Positions 1 through 10,392 of a stretch of 64,000 nucleotides of DNA are shown piece after piece. The DNA is taken from the NCBI GenBank assembly GCA_965219415.1, contig OZ244742.1, positions 736,001-800,000 on the forward strand, in the 5' to 3' direction. The notes below the pieces were generated by a model, which saw nothing but the letters and a program-made list of their open reading frames with translations, was not told where the DNA came from and did no database searches. Source of the DNA: Candidatus Marinacidobacterales bacterium (GTDB lineage: Bacteria > Acidobacteriota > Vicinamibacteria > Marinacidobacterales > DATDRI01). The stretch's first letter is position 1, and every line of letters begins with the position of its first letter. A program made the position numbers and the translations under genes.

Positions 1-460
1 GGATCACCATCCGCTCGCTGTCGATGTCGCCCGCCCTCAGGTGCAATGCCTCTGACAGACGAAGCCCTGACGAGTACATGGTCTTCAGGATGGTCCGGTA
101 CTTTAGATTCTTTACCTTGCAGAAAAAACGTCCCAGCTCTTTCGCGCTCAATACCTCGGGCAACCTCTGCTCCCTTTTCGCGTAAGGTATCTGCTCCACT
201 GTGACCGCTCCTCCCAAGGTCACACAGTACAAAAAGCGCAATGCACAGACCGCCTGGTTGAACATCGACCAGGACGCTTTCCTCTCCTCCACCAGGAAAA
301 GCTGGTATCTTCGAATGTGCTCGGCGCTCAACTTCTCCTGCGAGAGGCGAAAGTAATCCGCGAATCGCGCTACGTGGCTCACGTAGCACTCAATCGTTCG
401 CTGGGAATAGTTGCGGATCCGGAGATCCTCGATCATCCGGGTTCGTAGTATGCTAGACAT
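1..460 (-). CDS. Tyrosine recombinase of the type found upstream of IS91-like transposases; N-terminal part only, runs off the window
   Basis: Not in the ORF track. Manual translation from ATG 460 (SD GGAG upstream): MSSILRTRMIEDLRIRNYSQRTIECYVSHVARFADYF...QRLPEVLSAKEL...KYRTILKTMYSSGLRLSEALHLRAGDIDSERMVI, i.e. SAM-like N-domain plus box I GLR motif. Confidence 0.85.
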   Translation of the reverse strand, partial: MSSILRTRMIEDLRIRNYSQRTIECYVSHVARFADYFRLSQEKLSAEHIRRYQLFLVEERKASWSMFNQAVCALRFLYCVTLGGAVTVEQIPYAKREQRLPEVLSAKELGRFFCKVKNLKYRTILKTMYSSGLRLSEALHLRAGDIDSERMVI

Positions 461-464
461 ACTT

Positions 465-534
465 GGCTCCTTTCGTGAACGGGTTGATTCATTGGCTCGA
501 ACACCCTAGTTCACGAGGGGAGCCTTTTGCATGT
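465..534 (-). promoter_or_regulatory. Stem-loop in the recombinase leader that pairs with its Shine-Dalgarno sequence
   Basis: Arms GGCTCCtttcGTGAAC and GTTCACgaggGGAGCC; on the minus strand the 3' arm carries the GGAG SD just before ATG 460. Confidence 0.55.
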
Positions 535-571
535 CCTTACGCAAACGACTCGGTTGGTGGCGTAAAAGACT

Positions 572-603
572 ACCGCGAAGCGGTTTAGTTCAACAGTTAT
601 TGG
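572..603 (-). other. Probable attI crossover site / mobile-element end
   Basis: Minus strand reads CCAATAAC-T-GTTGAAC (GTTRRRY core at 594-588), immediately followed by the mini-hairpin ACCGC-TTC-GCGGT (572-584). Lies about 230 bp downstream of the intI stop. Confidence 0.5.
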
Positions 604-624
604 AAGGTTCCATCGATCACTTGC

Positions 625-633
625 CTTATAGCA
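625..633 (-). promoter_or_regulatory. Extended -10 element (candidate Pc) facing the putative attI
   Basis: TGcTATAAG on the minus strand about 30 nt before the GTTGAAC core. Confidence 0.35.
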
Positions 634-829
634 CGTGTACAAAGCGGGTGCGACTTTCTAATCGGGTCGGTGGGAGGTTTTCAAGTGACTCCAGGTGACT
701 TGTTTGCAATGGATTGTAGCGTGGGGTGAGTGATGGCCGGAGCTGTTATCGGGCGGAGGGCGGCTTTATAAGAGGATAAAGGGTTGCCAACATGAACCGC
801 TGCGGCCCCGTTGGCTCCATTCCCTGACC

Positions 830-1805
830 TCAATCCATCCTGTCGAGGGGGCTGCGGACGCCACGGCCGCCTCGGTTCACGACGTGGCAATAGATCATGG
901 TCACGCTGACGTCCTTGTGGCCAAGCAGCTCTTGAATGGTACGGATATCGTAGCCGTCCTCGAGCAGATGGGTTGCGAAGGAATGCCGAAGGGTGTGGCA
1001 GGCCGCGGGCTTCGGAATCCTGGCCTCTCGCACAGCCTGGCGAACCGCCCGCTGGACGACGGTTTCATGAAGATGATGGCGTCTTCGTTCGCCGGATTCG
1101 CGGTCCGTGTATATCCTCGTTGCGGGAAAGACCCATTGCCAACCCCAGTCGAAAGTAGCTTGCGGGTATTTGCGGCCAAGCGCGTACGGGAGCTGTACTG
1201 CCCCCGCTTTCGCCTTCAGGTCCCGTTCATGCAGCCGGCGGGCGCGATCCAGGTGCTCCTTTAGAGCCTTGATCAGTCTAGCGGGCAAAACGGTCATGCG
1301 ATCCTTCTGGCCTTTACCGTCTCGCACGGTAATTTCTCGACGTTGGAAGTCGATATCTTTGACGCGCAGGCGACAGCATTCGAGCACCCGCAGACCCGCT
1401 CCGTACATCAAAGAAGCCATGAGCCACGGGGCACCGCGGAGACGCCCAAGGATGGCCTCTACCTCCCGGCTAGAGAGCACGACAGGCCGACGCGCGGGGC
1501 GTTTGGCGCGGGCTATCTCTATCAAAGTTCAGCTCTCGGCGGAGCACGTTGCGGTACAAGAAAAGGATCGCCGCGAGCGCCTGACCCTGGGTCGATGCGC
1601 TGAGCTTGCGCCTGGTGGCCAAGTACGTAACGTAGGCTGAGATTTCCGACTCCCCCATCCGGTCCGGGTGACGCATGTCGTAGAAGCTGATGAAGCGTCT
1701 GATCCAGGAGACGTAGGCCTTTTCGGTCCGGCGGCTATAGTGGCGGACCCGAACGGCAGACCGAACCCGGTCGAGTAGCTTCGGCGATTGAGAACGAGTC
1801 TGGAT
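830..1805 (-). pseudogene. intI: Integron integrase, frameshifted near 1525 and with ATC at the expected start
   Basis: N-part PKLLDRVRSAVRVRHYSRRTEKAYVSWIRRF...SASTQGQALAAILFLY; C-part [12 protein letters not shown], IntI-specific insertion [10 protein letters not shown]...WGWQWVFPA...[31 protein letters not shown]. The two halves are in different frames. Confidence 0.9.
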
Positions 1806-1862
1806 GGTGCCCCTCCCCTATTACTGTGACGAAATAGGAGCGGGCAACCCTCCCTCGAAAGA

Positions 1863-2906
1863 CTATGCCTGCATAACCTGGCCGATGGCTTCGCAGGCGG
1901 TGAGGCAATCCTTCCGTGAAACGTCGTGGTGGGTGAGCATGCGGACATGGGACTCATCGACGATGTTGCCGAGGACCCCACGTTTCTTCAGAGCCGCGAG
2001 AAGCTTGTTGGTGCTCATGTCGGGGCGGGTAATCTCGAAGATGACGACGTTGGTCCGCACGTTGGTGGCGTCGATCTCGATCCCATCGATGCCGCTGAGC
2101 TCATCGGCGATCACGCGGGCGTTCTCGTGATCCTCTCCCAAGCGGGAGGTCATCTCGTCGAGAGCGATGATGCCGGGGGCAGCTAGCACGCCCGCCTGTC
2201 TCATGCCTCCGCCGAGGAGCCTTCGTATGCCACGAGCTTTTTCTATGAAGTCACGGTCACCGCAGAGGAGTGAGCCGACCGGGGCGCAGAGTCCCTTGGA
2301 AAGGCAGAACATCACGGAATCGAATCCCTGGGCCAGGTCCTTGGCCTCACAAGCGAGGGCGGTCGCGGCGTTGAAGATGCGGGCGCCGTCGAGGTGAACG
2401 GGGATGCCTCGCTCGTGGACGAAGTCGATGATCTCTCTGCTTCGCTCGATCGAGCACACGGCTCCGCCCGCGTAGTTGAGGGTGTTCTCGACCGTAACGA
2501 GTCCCGTTCGAGCCCGGTTGTACAACTTCGGGCGGATAGCCTTGCGGATCGATTCCACATCTAGAATGCCTTCTTTCCCGCGAATGGTTCGAGCGAGAGT
2601 TCCCGAGAACACCGCCATGCCCCCCATCTCGAAGTTGAAGATGTGGCTGCGCTCTTCGGTGATGACGTCTTGACCCGGCTCGGTATGGAGGCGGATGGCT
2701 ATCTGATTGCCCATCGTTCCGGTGGGAACGAAAAGTGCCGCCTCCTTGCCGATGAGCGCTGCGGCCTTTTCCTGAAGCCGGTTGACGGTCGGGTCGTCAC
2801 CGAAATTGTCGTCCCCCACCACCGCCTCGGCCATCGCTTTTCGCATCGCCGGTGTCGGCCGGGTGACGGTGTCGCTGCGAAGGTCGATAAAACTCGGTTC
2901 GCTCAT
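1863..2906 (-). CDS. ltaE: Low-specificity L-threonine aldolase
   Basis: [51 protein letters not shown]. Confidence 0.92.
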   Translation of the reverse strand: MSEPSFIDLRSDTVTRPTPAMRKAMAEAVVGDDNFGDDPTVNRLQEKAAALIGKEAALFVPTGTMGNQIAIRLHTEPGQDVITEERSHIFNFEMGGMAVFSGTLARTIRGKEGILDVESIRKAIRPKLYNRARTGLVTVENTLNYAGGAVCSIERSREIIDFVHERGIPVHLDGARIFNAATALACEAKDLAQGFDSVMFCLSKGLCAPVGSLLCGDRDFIEKARGIRRLLGGGMRQAGVLAAPGIIALDEMTSRLGEDHENARVIADELSGIDGIEIDATNVRTNVVIFEITRPDMSTNKLLAALKKRGVLGNIVDESHVRMLTHHDVSRKDCLTACEAIGQVMQA

Positions 2907-4054
2907 AGGAACACTTCGAACACCTCGTTCGAAACGAGAAAACCTCTCTCGGTGAGCTTCAGAACTTCGTCCGTCACATGAACCAGGCCTAGATCTACGT
3001 AGGGCTGGAGCTTCTCACCGTACCTCTCCATGACCGAGACGCCGTACCTTTTTTTCACTTCTCGCAACGAGACGCCCTGCGCCCGTCGGAGTCCGGTGAA
3101 GAGATGCTCCGCGGCTCGCCTGCCGGCGTTGAAAAGCTCCCTAGTTTCGACCGCACTTCCCAATTGGTCCATCTTTTCGACGTAGCGTGCGGGGCTCCTC
3201 ACATTCCAGAATCGCGAGCCCCCCAAGTACGAATGCGCGGAAGCGCCGAAGCCGAGGTAAGGGCGATCGGTCCAGTACTTCAAGTTGTGTCGACTTTCGA
3301 AGCCAGGTTGCGCGAAGTTCGAAATCTCGTAGTGTTCGAGGCCCAAAGAACCGAGCCCGTCGCGGGCGCGGCAGTAGGAGTCCAATGTGTTCTCGTCGCT
3401 CGGCAGCTCGACGTGGCCGCGGCTCTCTTCCTTCGCCATAGGCACGTCGCTGGCGAGCTCTAGGATGTAGACCGACGCGTGCTCGGGTCGAAGGTCGTCG
3501 AGCCCCTCGAAGTCTTTCTCCGGGATCTCTCCCGGCAAACCGACCATGAGATCCAAATTGACGTTAGCAAAACCAGCTGCGCGGGCGTCGCGAAATGTCT
3601 GTCTAATCTCGTCGGCATCGTGCTGACGCCCGATGCGTTTCAGTACTTTGTCATTGAAGCTCTGTCCGCCGACCGACAAGCGGTTCACGCCGACCGCCAC
3701 GTAGCCGGCAAAGGTATTCCGCTCTGCGGTCCCAGGATCGAGCTCCAAGGAAACCTCGGGATCGGCCGAGACCTGGAATCGCCAATGAACCGCTTCGAGA
3801 ATCTCTCGAATCTGTTCGGACCTCAGGACCGACGGTGTCCCGCCCCCGAAGTAGATGGAGTCGACGCGAAGAGTGTCCTTTCTTCCCTTCGCCTCCGGGG
3901 GGCGGTAACCGACGATCTCCCGTTTGAGAGCTCGAAGGTATTCCGTCTCGGATTCTTGTTGGCGCGGTGCGGTGGCAAAGTTACAGAAAGGACAAATGGA
4001 GCGACAAAACGGAATGTGGATATAGATTCCGACCGGTTCAGATACTTTCGACAT
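2903..4054 (-). CDS. hemW: Radical SAM heme chaperone HemW
   Basis: [37 protein letters not shown]. Confidence 0.88.
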   Translation of the reverse strand: MSKVSEPVGIYIHIPFCRSICPFCNFATAPRQQESETEYLRALKREIVGYRPPEAKGRKDTLRVDSIYFGGGTPSVLRSEQIREILEAVHWRFQVSADPEVSLELDPGTAERNTFAGYVAVGVNRLSVGGQSFNDKVLKRIGRQHDADEIRQTFRDARAAGFANVNLDLMVGLPGEIPEKDFEGLDDLRPEHASVYILELASDVPMAKEESRGHVELPSDENTLDSYCRARDGLGSLGLEHYEISNFAQPGFESRHNLKYWTDRPYLGFGASAHSYLGGSRFWNVRSPARYVEKMDQLGSAVETRELFNAGRRAAEHLFTGLRRAQGVSLREVKKRYGVSVMERYGEKLQPYVDLGLVHVTDEVLKLTERGFLVSNEVFEVFL

Positions 4055-4781
4055 CGGCCTCTTTCACCCATCCGGTGAGGCCGTTGGGAAGTCGAACCTG
4101 GAGCCAGTCCTCTCGCTCACCGAGGACCGTGAGTTTGAGTCCCTCGTGAATCTCCGCCAGCTGAGGGTTGGTGTCCCCGGGGCCACTTCGAACATCCAAG
4201 ACTTGAGCCATCACGATCCCCTCCTCCCGTTCGCCGGACGATTGAACCTTGGCGATAAGCACGGTTACAGAGAGTAGCCCCACTGCCCCCACGGTCGCAA
4301 GCGTATAGATCGCGGGAGTACGGAGTTGGGGCCGAATGTCGAGAAGCAGAATCGAAACCGCGGCGCCGCCGATTAGAAAGGAGAGACTGAGCAGAACCGC
4401 CAGGAAACTCGGGTCGAGTGAGTGGTAAAGGTCCACCACCCAGGCAACGTAGGCAGGCATGGGCGGCCTTTGTACGACGTCGACGATGAGCTCGTTGGCG
4501 AACTCGAGGTTGGCCCGGGTGTCTTGGTCGCCGGGCATCTGATCGAGGGCACGCTCGTAATTGAGGATGGCAAGCCCCAACCGACCGCTCTTGAAATACG
4601 CGTTACCCAGGTTGTAGCAGAGCGCTCCGTCGACCACGCCCTGCGAGCGAAGCGCTTCGTATTGCTCGACCGCTTGGTCATACTCACCTTCGCGGTAGAG
4701 TTCCTCGCCACGCTCGAACACCTCTTGAGGGGAGACGAACTGCGCCTGAAGGAGGAAGGCAACGAGGAACCAGGAAGTCAT
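4038..4781 (-). CDS. batE: BatE-like TPR + two TM + SH3b protein
   Basis: YNLGNAYFK TPR, two hydrophobic helices, VRSGPG...IHEGLKL..GWV SH3b; position in bat operon. Confidence 0.8.
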   Translation of the reverse strand: MTSWFLVAFLLQAQFVSPQEVFERGEELYREGEYDQAVEQYEALRSQGVVDGALCYNLGNAYFKSGRLGLAILNYERALDQMPGDQDTRANLEFANELIVDVVQRPPMPAYVAWVVDLYHSLDPSFLAVLLSLSFLIGGAAVSILLLDIRPQLRTPAIYTLATVGAVGLLSVTVLIAKVQSSGEREEGIVMAQVLDVRSGPGDTNPQLAEIHEGLKLTVLGEREDWLQVRLPNGLTGWVKEADVESI

Positions 4782-6619
4782 TCGTGATACTTGTCGAGGG
4801 ATACGATGGCTTGCTCGGCTCGCGCGAGGAGCTCTTCCATCTCTTGGCGGGTTCTGTCTCCGGGCGTGAATCGCGCGAACTCGCAGGCTTCGATGATCTT
4901 TAGAAACTCGACACGCGCCGACTCGGGGACTTGCCGCCCCGTCAACAGCGATTCGATCTGCTGCGTGGTTAGGCCCGAATGGCTGACCTCGTTCTTGTCG
5001 GCCACGTAACGGAATAAGGCCGCGGCCACCACCTCATAGAACTCCTTCGCCTCGCCGTGTGTCTTTGTCGCGGCTTGCTTGAGCCGCCCATGGGCTTCCT
5101 TCCGAGCTCGGCGTAGACGCCAGAGCCCAACTTGAGAAGCCTCGCTCTCTCGCTTCAAACGGTAGGCCACCAGGCCGAGATTCCAAAACATGGGAAGCGC
5201 GAGGGTGGCATAGAACAAACCGCTCCGGTAAAACGGTGCCTTCGCAACACCGAGCTCCTTGGGCGCCGGCTTGAGGTAACGAACATCCCGCCTCAGGAGC
5301 TTCACTTCCGAACGGGGAGCCACAATGGGAGCTCCGGCAATCGCCGTCGCTCCTCCGACATTGAGGGTCAGCGGGCCGGCCTTGGCGGTCACATAGCTCT
5401 TCTTCGCCGGGTCGAAGTAAGACAAGCTCAGCGGGCCGAGCTTGTACTTGCCCGGAGCGCTCGGGACGAGTACGAACTCCCAGCGCTTTTCCCCTCCGAA
5501 GCCGGACCCACCGGCCTCGAACTTCTCTTCGGTTTTGGGATCGTAGGTTCGAAAGCTGTCCGGGGTCGGAAGGTCCGGGACCTCCACCGTCTTGAGATTC
5601 CCCTTCCCCTTTACGACCACTTCCACAGTCAGCGGTTCTCCCGCCGCGATGGATTCCTTGTCGAAGTCGACCAGCTCGAGGGCTACATCGAACTTCCCCA
5701 CCGCGCCTGAGAAATCTTGGGGTTTGCCGGCAGACGGAAGGGGTTTGACTTCGAGCGACACGGGCTTCGTAGCCCGGCGAACAGTGTCGCTCGTCCGGAA
5801 GAAGAACGAATCAAACGGATCGGAGGAGCCCCGAATCGTCATGGAAAAGGTCGCGGGCTCGATGGTCGTGGTGCCAACCTTGGTGGGAAAGAGGATGCTC
5901 TTCTTTATCTCGAAAACGTAGAACGTCTTTCCCTTGATTGTGGTTTCTTTCCACTCCGGCTCCTTGGGCATCTGGACTTCTTCGACCCAAAATCCGGTCA
6001 ACTTGGGCTGCTGATCCACTTCGAGGCCCATGATCGGCACTTGCGTGTAAAGCTTGTAGGTAAGGATGACCTGCTGGCCTACGTACGTAGCGGGTCGAGA
6101 GAGCGCGGCCTGGACGTAGACCTCGCCGGCGACTTTGGCGCGCCGCCTTTGCCGTGGAGGAGCGAACGCGTCGAAGGGATCAGACCGTCGGCCGCCCTGC
6201 CGCTGAACTGAGCCGGCGACGACTTCTACCTCGATGGGCTCGGTGAGGTATTTGGTTCCTTGATAGTCCACCGAGACACGATCGATGGTGTGTTTGCCCT
6301 CCGCCGACGGCACCAGGCGATACGTAATCGCTCGGGTGGCGGACATCCTTCCATTGATCCATTGGATGCTGGTCGATTGGGAGGATCCGCTCATGCGAAA
6401 CCCTTCGAGCTTGGGAAGCACTGGGGCGCTCGCCCGCCCGAGGCTGTCACCGAGTATGGAGACGGTGAACTGGAGATCGTCGTCCATCCCGATGCGGTTG
6501 GCGTTTACGGAAGCTTGGACGCGGAAGTCTTGAGCCGAAGCCTCCTGAGGTAGGAAGGTCAGTAGACAGAAAGCCACAAAGATGATGGCTCCTGCGAGTG
6601 GGCTGGCCGTCCTATTCAT
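4778..6619 (-). CDS. batD: BatD family protein
   Basis: Signal peptide, SQSTSIQWING, FSGAVGKF, LSYFDP; operon context. Confidence 0.85.
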   Translation of the reverse strand: MNRTASPLAGAIIFVAFCLLTFLPQEASAQDFRVQASVNANRIGMDDDLQFTVSILGDSLGRASAPVLPKLEGFRMSGSSQSTSIQWINGRMSATRAITYRLVPSAEGKHTIDRVSVDYQGTKYLTEPIEVEVVAGSVQRQGGRRSDPFDAFAPPRQRRRAKVAGEVYVQAALSRPATYVGQQVILTYKLYTQVPIMGLEVDQQPKLTGFWVEEVQMPKEPEWKETTIKGKTFYVFEIKKSILFPTKVGTTTIEPATFSMTIRGSSDPFDSFFFRTSDTVRRATKPVSLEVKPLPSAGKPQDFSGAVGKFDVALELVDFDKESIAAGEPLTVEVVVKGKGNLKTVEVPDLPTPDSFRTYDPKTEEKFEAGGSGFGGEKRWEFVLVPSAPGKYKLGPLSLSYFDPAKKSYVTAKAGPLTLNVGGATAIAGAPIVAPRSEVKLLRRDVRYLKPAPKELGVAKAPFYRSGLFYATLALPMFWNLGLVAYRLKRESEASQVGLWRLRRARKEAHGRLKQAATKTHGEAKEFYEVVAAALFRYVADKNEVSHSGLTTQQIESLLTGRQVPESARVEFLKIIEACEFARFTPGDRTRQEMEELLARAEQAIVSLDKYHE

Positions 6620-6663
6620 TGGAAAACCGCACTATTTTAGCGCAACTCCAAACCGTCAACGCC

Positions 6664-7362
6664 TCACCAGTCCTTGCCGCTGGCCGATGCCTTGATTTGC
6701 TTGGTTTGCTGTTGCTTGCGTTGCTCCGCCTTCTCCATCTCGGCGAGGGCTGCCAGAATCCGCTCCGCCTCCTCCTTGCTCATCCCCTGAGGCTGGGCTT
6801 CGCCTCCCTGGTCGTTCGAATCCATCGCTTGATCCTTAGGCTGGGGCTGATTCTCAGGCTGTTCCTGGTTCTGTTGGTTCTGAGGCTGCGACTGACCTTG
6901 CTCGTTCTCGTCGCTTTCTCCGGAGTCCCCTCCCCCGTCTTGTTCCTGTTGTTGCTCCTCCTCCTTCTTCAAGGACAGCTCGAGGTTCTGCCGAGCTTCG
7001 ATGCCTTGGTCGTCGATCTTGAGGGCCTCTTTGTAAGCCGCGACCGCTTCGGGAAACTTCTCGCCCTTGTGATGGACGTTGCCCGCATTGAAGTGAGAAC
7101 GTCGTTGCACCTCTTCGGAACCGCTCTGCGCCGTCCGGTAGCCACCCAACGCCTTGTCCGTTTCCTCTTTTCGGTAGTGGACGTTGGCGATGTTGTACTG
7201 GATCTCGGACGCATCGGGAGACTCTTCCTGGGCCTGGGTGTAAGCGACGAGGGCCTCTTCCAGCTTTCCCTCTTCGTAAAGCTCCGCCCCTTCCCTGTTT
7301 TTCTTGTTGATGCTCGGCCCAAACAGTTGGAGCACGATGGCCGCAATCAACCACGTTCTCAT
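6664..7362 (-). CDS. batC: BatC-like TPR protein with Gln-rich tail
   Basis: Start at ATG 7362 overlapping the batB stop; TPRs, Q/E/N-rich linker, MSKEEAERILAAL, C-terminal KDW. Confidence 0.8.
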   Translation of the reverse strand: MRTWLIAAIVLQLFGPSINKKNREGAELYEEGKLEEALVAYTQAQEESPDASEIQYNIANVHYRKEETDKALGGYRTAQSGSEEVQRRSHFNAGNVHHKGEKFPEAVAAYKEALKIDDQGIEARQNLELSLKKEEEQQQEQDGGGDSGESDENEQGQSQPQNQQNQEQPENQPQPKDQAMDSNDQGGEAQPQGMSKEEAERILAALAEMEKAEQRKQQQTKQIKASASGKDW

Positions 7363-8375
7363 GCCGGCTCCTCCTTCCGGCGACGACCGCGCGGGATCGC
7401 CGTATCGGCGATCAGAAAAACGATCGCAAAACCGAGTGGCCAATAGAAGCGTTCCTCGTAGCGCGTGAACAACTGCGATTTCAGTTCCTTGCTCTCCATG
7501 GATGCGATGAGCTCACCGATTTCATCGATTTCGCTCTCTCGATCGGTGGCCCGAAAATACTTCCCCCCGGTTGCCAATGCCACACGGCCGAGCGACTCCT
7601 CATCCAGCCGGCTCAAGACAGGCTGACCTGCTGCGTCGCGCTTGTAGTCGGTGACCTCGCCCTTGGAATTGCGGATCGGAATCGGGTCGCCTGCCGCCGT
7701 TCCGACTCCCACGGCGTGGATCACGACACCCTCCTCCTGAGCCTTGCGAGCCATGTCGGCGGGATCCCCTTCGTGTTGTTCCCCGTCGGTCAAGAGGATG
7801 ACGACCTTATACTTCGATTCCTTTGAGACGAAACCGCGTCGCGCCGCGTCGATGGCACTCGCGACGTTGGTGCCCGCTTCAGGAACCACACCGGTGCCCA
7901 CCGCATCCAAGAAAATCCTAACCGCGCCATCGTCGAGCGTGAGCGGGCACTGTACGAACGCCGCGCCGGCGAAGACGATGAGGCCGACTCGATTGCCCTG
8001 CAGTCGCTCAGTGAGGGCAGCAGTCAGATGGCGGGCCTTCTCCATCCGAGAAGGTACGACGTCGGTAGCCGCCATGCTGAGGGAAGTGTCGAGGGCAATG
8101 AAGATGTCCACACCGCTACGAACGACTTCCTCTGTCTTCTCCCCCCACTGCGGGCGCGCAATGGCCAGCACCAGAAAGAAAATCCCCGCAAGCGCGAGCC
8201 CGCCCTTGAGCCGATCGAGGACGGGACTGACCGCTTGGGAGAGCTTCGAGACCAGACCCGCGTCACCGAAGACGGCGATGGCGCGTCGTTTCCGTCGCCC
8301 GGACCAAACAAAGAGTGCGCCCAGGGCCGGCACCAGCCACAGCAAATGAAGCGCAGATAGGTTCGCGAATTGCAT
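7359..8375 (-). CDS. batB: VWA-domain protein BatB
   Basis: ARPQWG, MIDAS DTSLSM, QCPLTLD, LLTDGE. Confidence 0.85.
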   Translation of the reverse strand: MQFANLSALHLLWLVPALGALFVWSGRRKRRAIAVFGDAGLVSKLSQAVSPVLDRLKGGLALAGIFFLVLAIARPQWGEKTEEVVRSGVDIFIALDTSLSMAATDVVPSRMEKARHLTAALTERLQGNRVGLIVFAGAAFVQCPLTLDDGAVRIFLDAVGTGVVPEAGTNVASAIDAARRGFVSKESKYKVVILLTDGEQHEGDPADMARKAQEEGVVIHAVGVGTAAGDPIPIRNSKGEVTDYKRDAAGQPVLSRLDEESLGRVALATGGKYFRATDRESEIDEIGELIASMESKELKSQLFTRYEERFYWPLGFAIVFLIADTAIPRGRRRKEEPA

Positions 8376-8380
8376 AAGCG

Positions 8381-9370
8381 TCAGGGAATACTCAGCAAAC
8401 GGGTGCGTGAGAGAACGGATTCCGCCAGGAGCATACCGAGGGCAGCCATCATGAAATAAGGAGCCAGCTCGGTGTAGCGCACGTATTCTTTTTGTTCGAT
8501 CTTGGTCTTCTCGAGCTCGTCGATCTCCTCGTAGACTTTGGCGAGGGACTCCTCGTCGGTGGCTCGAAAGTACTTCCCTTCTGTCAACTGAGCGATGTCC
8601 TGCAGCGTTTTTTCGTCCATCTCGACCAGCACTTCTTGGTATACGGTCCCGTAAACAGGATCCTCGAAAGGATACGGGGCATAACCTTCGCGACCTGCCC
8701 CAACCGTGTAGATCTTGATTCCGAACGTCTTTGCCAACTCGGCGGCGGTAAGCGGATCGATCTCGCCCCGGTTGTTCACCCCGTCAGTAAGGAGAATGAT
8801 GATGCGGCTCTTGGCGGTCGAATCCTTGAGGCGGTTTACGCTAGTGGCGATAGCGGTACCGATAGCGGTGCCGTCTTCGATGCTTCCGATGCGCACGTCT
8901 TCGAGCAGCGTTAACAAGATGTCATGGTCTATCGTCAGCGGACACTTGGTGAGCGCCCGGGCCGCAAACGCCACCATCCCGATGCGATCATGAGGGCGCG
9001 ATCGCACGAACTCCGCAACCACCTGCTTCGCAACGTAGAGGCGGTTTCGTGGCTTGAAATCCTCGGTCTTCATGCTGCTCGAAACGTCGATGGCGAGAAG
9101 GATATCGACGCCCTCGGTGATGACTTCTTCGCTTCGGGCACCGGCTTGGGGTCGCGCCATCGCGATCAGCACTAGCGAGAGCGCCAACAGGCGCAAGACG
9201 AAGAGCATCGGGGAGAGACGAGCCCAGATCGAAGGTCTGAGCATATGGAGTGGACGAAGATCGGAATAAAGGAGAGTCGGCCGGCTCTCTCGGAGCTTCC
9301 AGTGAAGGTAAATGAGCGCCGGGATCAGCAGCAACCCGAGTGCCAACCAGGGATAGGCGAGTCGTGTCAC
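8381..9370 (-). CDS. batA: VWA-domain protein BatA
   Basis: ARPQ, DVSSSM, DGTAIG, LLTDGVNNRG, GKYFRA. Confidence 0.87.
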   Translation of the reverse strand: MTRLAYPWLALGLLLIPALIYLHWKLRESRPTLLYSDLRPLHMLRPSIWARLSPMLFVLRLLALSLVLIAMARPQAGARSEEVITEGVDILLAIDVSSSMKTEDFKPRNRLYVAKQVVAEFVRSRPHDRIGMVAFAARALTKCPLTIDHDILLTLLEDVRIGSIEDGTAIGTAIATSVNRLKDSTAKSRIIILLTDGVNNRGEIDPLTAAELAKTFGIKIYTVGAGREGYAPYPFEDPVYGTVYQEVLVEMDEKTLQDIAQLTEGKYFRATDEESLAKVYEEIDELEKTKIEQKEYVRYTELAPYFMMAALGMLLAESVLSRTRLLSIP

Positions 9371-10392
9371 GGCTGCGTCTCCGATTGGCTTTCGGTGGTG
9401 ACGACCTCGGGGGCGGCGACTTTGGGTTTCGTTTCGTCGATGAAACGAAAGCCCTCGGGAATCATCCGGTTGGACTCGTCGTCCGGGGGCGCGATGCGGG
9501 CGAACTTCACTAGGTCGGACATCACTAGGATCTTGTCCAGATCTACTTGCGCGCCGCGCTTGATACCGGCGACTCTCAGATCTCTCTGAACCTCCGAGGT
9601 CGTGCGCTCGAGGTAAGGCACCGTGTACCGGCGCCCCGCGTACCGCTTCATGATGTCGGAGAGCTCGATATAGAACTGGCGGACCTTTCCCGCCCCGAGC
9701 AGCCTCATCTCGAGCAGCCTTCGCAAGGCCGCTTCGGCTTCGACTTCCGGAGGAGGAAGTGGTGGCGGCAGGGGCTCGGCCAAGAGCTCGGTTCCCTTCT
9801 TCCGAAAGCGCCTATATAGAAGATAGGCCAGCGCCGCGAGGACGAGCGCCGCCAACAACCACCAGAGTCTCCCCCAACGGCTGGGAACCGGGATGTTGGC
9901 CATCGGGCCCTTGATGTCGTGGATTTCCGTAACGTCGGGAGTCAGCGAAGTGACTAGCGCGATGGGAATCGCCTCGGTCTCGACGGATGCGAGCTCTCCC
10001 GACTCGCTCTGGAACTCCACCTTGATGGGTGGGATGGCGATCTCACCCGGCAGCCGGTAGGCGGCGATACGGAGCTTCACGCGACTCTCGGTCGCTGCGG
10101 TCGAGTCGTTCTCAGTTGAGTCCGTCGGCTCAATCTGTTCGACGAGCTCGAATGGCGCGAGCTTGTCTCCTCCCGTCGCGAGCAAGAACTCGGCGCCGGC
10201 CGGGTGTCTTATCGCAACCTCGAGGGTCAGCGCTTCTCCGACTTGGATTTCGGTTTTGTCCGCGCCTGCGGCGACCGCCCACTCTCCGGGTCCTTCGGGA
10301 ATCGGCACCGACTCTTGTTGCACCGGCTCATCGGCGCACGCAGCGAGAGCGATCAAGAGTCCGAGTACCAGCCGGCGTTTCATCGAGGTCAA
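9367..10392 (-). CDS. Membrane-anchored protein of the moxR/bat operon (BatD-like/DUF4381-like)
   Basis: Lipoprotein-like N-terminus, IHDIKGP, one TM, ERTTSE, DLVKFA; typical gene between DUF58 and batA. Confidence 0.7.
   Translation of the reverse strand: MTSMKRRLVLGLLIALAACADEPVQQESVPIPEGPGEWAVAAGADKTEIQVGEALTLEVAIRHPAGAEFLLATGGDKLAPFELVEQIEPTDSTENDSTAATESRVKLRIAAYRLPGEIAIPPIKVEFQSESGELASVETEAIPIALVTSLTPDVTEIHDIKGPMANIPVPSRWGRLWWLLAALVLAALAYLLYRRFRKKGTELLAEPLPPPLPPPEVEAEAALRRLLEMRLLGAGKVRQFYIELSDIMKRYAGRRYTVPYLERTTSEVQRDLRVAGIKRGAQVDLDKILVMSDLVKFARIAPPDDESNRMIPEGFRFIDETKPKVAAPEVVTTESQSETQP

Noticed and set aside
6780-6970. Low-complexity tract
   Set aside because: Explained by the Gln/Glu/Asn-rich linker typical of BatC.
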